DNA of 64,000 nt. Source: Lophium mytilinum. Its lineage: Eukaryota. The notes beneath the pieces are model-generated. The model did no database searches. It was given only the letters and a program-made list of their open reading frames with translations, and was not told the DNA's origin. Positions 60,045-64,000 of the stretch are shown one piece after another. The number at the start of each line of letters is the position of its first letter. Position 1 is the stretch's first letter. The stretch spans positions 1,149,032 through 1,213,031 of the forward strand of contig MU004182.1 of NCBI GenBank assembly GCA_010093605.1. The letters are read 5' to 3'. A program made the translations under genes and the position numbers.

Positions 60045-61049
60045 ATGTCGCTCGTCAACCTCGCCCACGTATGCTCGCATCTCCAGAACGCCTCCAAAGC
60101 CCGCCTGGGCCTGACCTCGATCCCCGTCACGAAGCTGCACGTCGCGCTGATGCTGGGCCTGCAGAAGCAGGGCTTCATCTCCAGCGTGACGCTCGGCGGG
60201 CCCGCGCCCCCGAAGCCAGTGCTCCTACAAAAGCCCCCGAAATACCGTGGCACCCCAGAAGAGCGGGAGGCGAAGAATCTGGCGGAGCAGCTGCGGGAGG
60301 CGCGCAAGCTGGAGCGGCGGCAGAAGAAGGGGCTTTTGCTGAATGCGAGGCAGCTCGAGAAGGTTATTGGGAGCAATGAGGTCACGAGACGGATGGAGGA
60401 GCAGAGGGCGGCGCTGAAAGCGAAGGGGGTAGAGACGCTGGTGGAGACACAAGATGGGCAAGAGGGGGATGGTGGGCATGTTATGGGCATTACGGAAATC
60501 GTTGAACGGCTGACGGCCCTGGGCTTCGACGAAACAGGAACTAGGCCGGAAATCTGGCCCGAGTCGCTGCGTGATGCGTACCCGGCGCCGCAGGCTGCAG
60601 TTCGCTCGGCTTTGCTGGACGCGTGGGTAGCGAAGCATCCTGAGATGGCGGAGGTAGCAGCGCCCGCGCTTCTCAAGGCGGCAGAACAAGCGGAACTTGA
60701 AGCGGAAGAAGCAGCAACGCCTGAGGTGGCTTGGGGCAGGGCTCCGGAATGGTCGTACAAAGAAGTCGTTCCCGCGAACCCTGGACAGCGACGGCTGTGG
60801 GTTGGACTGAAGTACTGGAAGAACGAGCCTGTGCTGAACAAAATGCACCTTATTAGCAAGCCGACGAGGCGGATATGGGTGAACTCGGACGATTTAGCGA
60901 AGATCACAAGAGGGCGCGAGTCGGCGTTTGTGAAGGGGTTGACGAAGACGGGAGAGTGCATGTTTGTGACGACGGATAAGGGGATTATGGAGGCGAGAGA
61001 GTGCGTGGAGAAGAAACTTGGGGGCATGGTGTTGTGCAGGGTGATATAG
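60045..61049 (+). CDS. MRPS8: Mitochondrial ribosomal protein uS8m with a large internal insertion
   Basis: MSLVNLAHVCSHLQNASKARLGLTSIP...GFISSV; RRLWVGLKYWKNEPVL...ISKPTRRIW; GECMFVTTDKGIMEARECVEKKLGGMVLCRV. Confidence 0.93.
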   Translation: MSLVNLAHVCSHLQNASKARLGLTSIPVTKLHVALMLGLQKQGFISSVTLGGPAPPKPVLLQKPPKYRGTPEEREAKNLAEQLREARKLERRQKKGLLLNARQLEKVIGSNEVTRRMEEQRAALKAKGVETLVETQDGQEGDGGHVMGITEIVERLTALGFDETGTRPEIWPESLRDAYPAPQAAVRSALLDAWVAKHPEMAEVAAPALLKAAEQAELEAEEAATPEVAWGRAPEWSYKEVVPANPGQRRLWVGLKYWKNEPVLNKMHLISKPTRRIWVNSDDLAKITRGRESAFVKGLTKTGECMFVTTDKGIMEARECVEKKLGGMVLCRVI

Positions 61050-61517
61050 ACTACGAGGATAAAGGGTTGGAGATAGACCGCTTGTATCATACTGCATTTC
61101 TGGGTGTTCATACACAGGGAGGGCATATGTTAAATGTAGTGTACGAATATCAAAAGGCTTGAGAGTGAGCCCACTCTATGCATAACCTAGAATCACTTGA
61201 AGAATGAGCTTGTTTCTGGAAAAATGTTTCGTTGATAGATACGAAAGTAAATAATGGTACACCCTAGATATCCGATATGAAAGCCATTTTGGCACCCATG
61301 CAACCCTTTCCATCTTTCCAGTGACCAATCCAATACCGAAGCCAATAAATAAAAACGCCGGTGGCCCATGATACCTCCTAGATCCCATGCCATGCTCGAA
61401 TAAAAAGATCCAGAAGCCTTCATCATACAGATCCTTCACGTAGTTTCGTTCCCGGGTATCTTCTACTTCTCACAAAAGTACAAAATATTTTCCAACATAT
61501 AACATAACCTCCTCAGC

Positions 61518-64000
61518 CTACATCATACCTCCCTCGGAAAGAAAGTATGCGTCCCTCTCCCCAACTACGCCTTGCTGGCTCCCAGGCCGGAGTGGCGAGC
61601 GAGCGGGAACATGAGGCGGGTAGAGGCCCTGATCAACACTGAGCATCGGGTCTGGAGTCCGACTTCCCAACTTCGCCTCTCCGAACTCAAAGCCTTTGTA
61701 TTCGTTTATGCGGCTGTAGTCCGATGCCCTTGCAACATTGATGCGATCGTAATCCGGCGCCCTCTCGACGTCGATGCGATCAATTTGCCGCGCCTTCCCA
61801 GAGCCCACTTGTTCGCGCAGCTTTTCTGGCGCACGCTGGAGTTGTCTCTGCGTGGTTATGGCATCCAACTCTCTCCGGATATTGTCCTGAGCCTCGAGCT
61901 CTTGGACCACGTTGGGTCGGGACTCGTCCCAGTCGCGTTGCCAACACCAACTTGCTAGCTGTGAGGCTTCGACCATGCCGTGCGCGCTGCTTGTTTCCCA
62001 TGGTGGGGTGCGCTTGAGATCGGCGCAAAGGAAATATTGTACGCCCTCCGAGTACTTCAGGCCCTGTGTGTCGACGGATAGTTTTGAAAGGACCTGGAGG
62101 ACGCCATACAGGAGAACCCATCGACCGAGACGAGATTCACGAGGGGATACGCCTTTAAGATCTGCTGCGAGCTCGAACTGCTCAAAATAATCAATAAGAG
62201 CGTTGCCTATATTCGATATTAGTTATAGTCTAGAAAGGAAGGCGAAGGAAGGCGAAGGAAGACTAACCTGCAAAGGAGACCCCAAGCCTCTGGATGTTGG
62301 TTGCATCGCTGAAGACAATAGAGAGTTGAAGATGGGTCTTCGCGTCTTTCGTGGGGTCGGTTTTTGATTTCTTCAGCGAACTGAAGAAGCTTTTCTTAGC
62401 TTGAGCTTTCGGCGCGTTAACGAATCGTGGGAGAAGCGGATAAGGATGTGGTATATGCAAGTATCCGTGTTTGTTGTCGAAGCCAACCAGCATATCAGTC
62501 AGAGGCAAGTCGGCAGAGTCAGCCTGGAATTCCTCCTCTGGGTCTCGATTGCTCATTTGCCATTTTTTCCCAGGCCGTTCTTCTTGTGAGTCCCAGACGA
62601 CTTCGCGGTTTACAAGGTAGTCGTATAAAGCACCAAAGTCTTCTTGGAGGCTTTGAATGGCTTTTCGGTTTAGCCATCCTTTGTTGGGACTTGGTGGCCA
62701 CACTCCATACGCCTCGACGTAGAAATTGAGAAGGAATTGCCGGAACGCTGTGAAGCTTTTGAAAATCGGGTTATTCGCAGAATTTTTTGGATCCTCCCAC
62801 ATGTCAGAGAAGTCAAACGTAGATAACCTCTCCTCAGCTTCCAGGGTCCTTAGTTTCAATGTTTTGGCAGACATGCCTAGATTCCGCCTGGTGACGGGCG
62901 ATAGTCGCCTAAACTCCGCCATAGCTTCAACCTCGGGGCTCATCATGCCAACAAGGTGAACAAATGATTCAATGTACCCGGCGTCCCATCTGATTGTGTC
63001 TTGCTCCGCCCATGCCAATAGACTGAGTGCACGCCGTCGACTATTTCTCAAGTCGTCGAGTTTCCGGCTAGACAGGTATTGGGTAATCATCTGAACACTC
63101 CGCATTCGAGCGCTCATCTGGGAATGCTCATTGTGATCTAGGTCATACATGACCTCAATCTCCGGCTGTAGGGTCGAAAGCATCTCGAATAGATCTCTGC
63201 CCACGATCGGCTGGTTCTGCAAAATGGCCAAAAAGTTGCGCACTGCTATGTGATGCAACCTGTATTCATGAACAGACCGCATATGGGCTGGTGCTGCAAA
63301 CCATATCTCATGCGTCGGCCGAATTGATTCGCGTTCATAGAACGATCCAGTTTCGTGGGAGCTCCCGGCTGTAGATGCTGGAGGAGTTGGGCCATTAAAA
63401 CCATTCTGTAGGTTACGGCGGCCTCCAGAATCCGCGGAATAGTATCCTCCATTCCTCGACGAAGATCGAGTAGGCGGCGCCTGCATGTAGTGATCTTGAA
63501 AGCCCTGGGAAGACAGGTGTCCTGGATCCATCCCATCCGGAAGATACCTTGAGTTTGTGTTCATACTCGAGTAGCGAGCGCCATAAGTCGATGATTCAGG
63601 ACTCATTGGAGGTGTCATTTCATCCTCAAACGAGTCGATCGCACCGAAAACTAGTTGATTCATAAGCCAAGAAGATCCTGAGGCCTCGAGCGCCTCGTAA
63701 CGAACGCGAAGCTGGGGCAGCGGATTATCGCTATTGGCCTGCTCCTCTTTGAAATATATCAACACGCTTCCATTTTGCATTTCTTCGTCCTAGGAATCAT
63801 AAGCTTGCTGACGTATACAGTACACGCTTCAATGTAACTTACATATTGGAAGCCACGATAGGGGCGGGCGCCATGATCGTTCCCATGCCAGATGGTGAAG
63901 TTTGCCCAGCTTCTGTCCGTCGCACCAGCAAGGGACGTGGATGAATCCGCCCTAGAGGATGAGTTGGCCCGCCTTGAGAGGGGCGGCGCAGAGCCACCTT
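61518..64000 (-). CDS. Uncharacterised fungal protein; 5' end lies beyond the window
   Basis: 505-aa central exon (HHIAVRNFLA, WDAGYIESFVHLVGM, FRQFLLNFY...WPP, LQEDFGALYDYLV, HIPHPYPLLP) flanked by canonical introns. The last exon contains ARLGRWVLLYGVLQVLSKLSVDTQGLKY. Confidence 0.82.

Noticed and set aside
60231..60764. Intein or intron in uS8m
   Set aside because: No Cys/Ser start with His-Asn end, no LAGLIDADG motif, and no consensus donor.
1..64000. tRNA, rRNA, CRISPR arrays, intact transposons or Starship captain genes
   Set aside because: None recognised: no cloverleaf, repeat-spacer array, full transposase/RT or tyrosine-recombinase ORF seen.

Overview
Eukaryotic DNA from a filamentous ascomycete (Pezizomycotina), judged from short GT-AG introns with CTAAC/CTGAC branch sites, HET-domain genes and a Zn2Cys6 gene. 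About 25 protein-coding genes can be supported. The left ~18.3 kb looks accessory: a membrane protein, an internally deleted PIF/Harbinger-transposase-derived gene, a Zn2Cys6 factor, GH114, an MFS transporter, an SRPK-like kinase and two convergent HET genes. The rest is mostly core: a G1 cyclin, UTP4, PNG1, SUR7/PalI, an alpha/beta hydrolase, PAP2, an ARF-like fusion, RTC5, bL36m, an F-box protein, NMT1 and uS8m. The main unexplained signal is non-coding. Most intergenic spacers hold a degenerate 100-500 bp palindrome (foldback) with concentric arm matches; about a dozen were found by eye, some are mutually related, and both atypical kinase genes are bracketed by them. Other highlights: (1) a HET protein with three WW-like modules, lying between a frameshifted HET gene and an orphan diverged copy of that gene's 3' end, next to a small PPPY-motif membrane protein; (2) a long, three-intron, ATG-depleted cyclin 5' leader with one uORF; (3) an ARF-like GTPase lacking the catalytic Gln, fused to three copies of an uncharacterised domain; (4) a uS8m with a ~180-aa insertion. 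All alignments were done by eye, no database searches were run, and exon boundaries are predictions.
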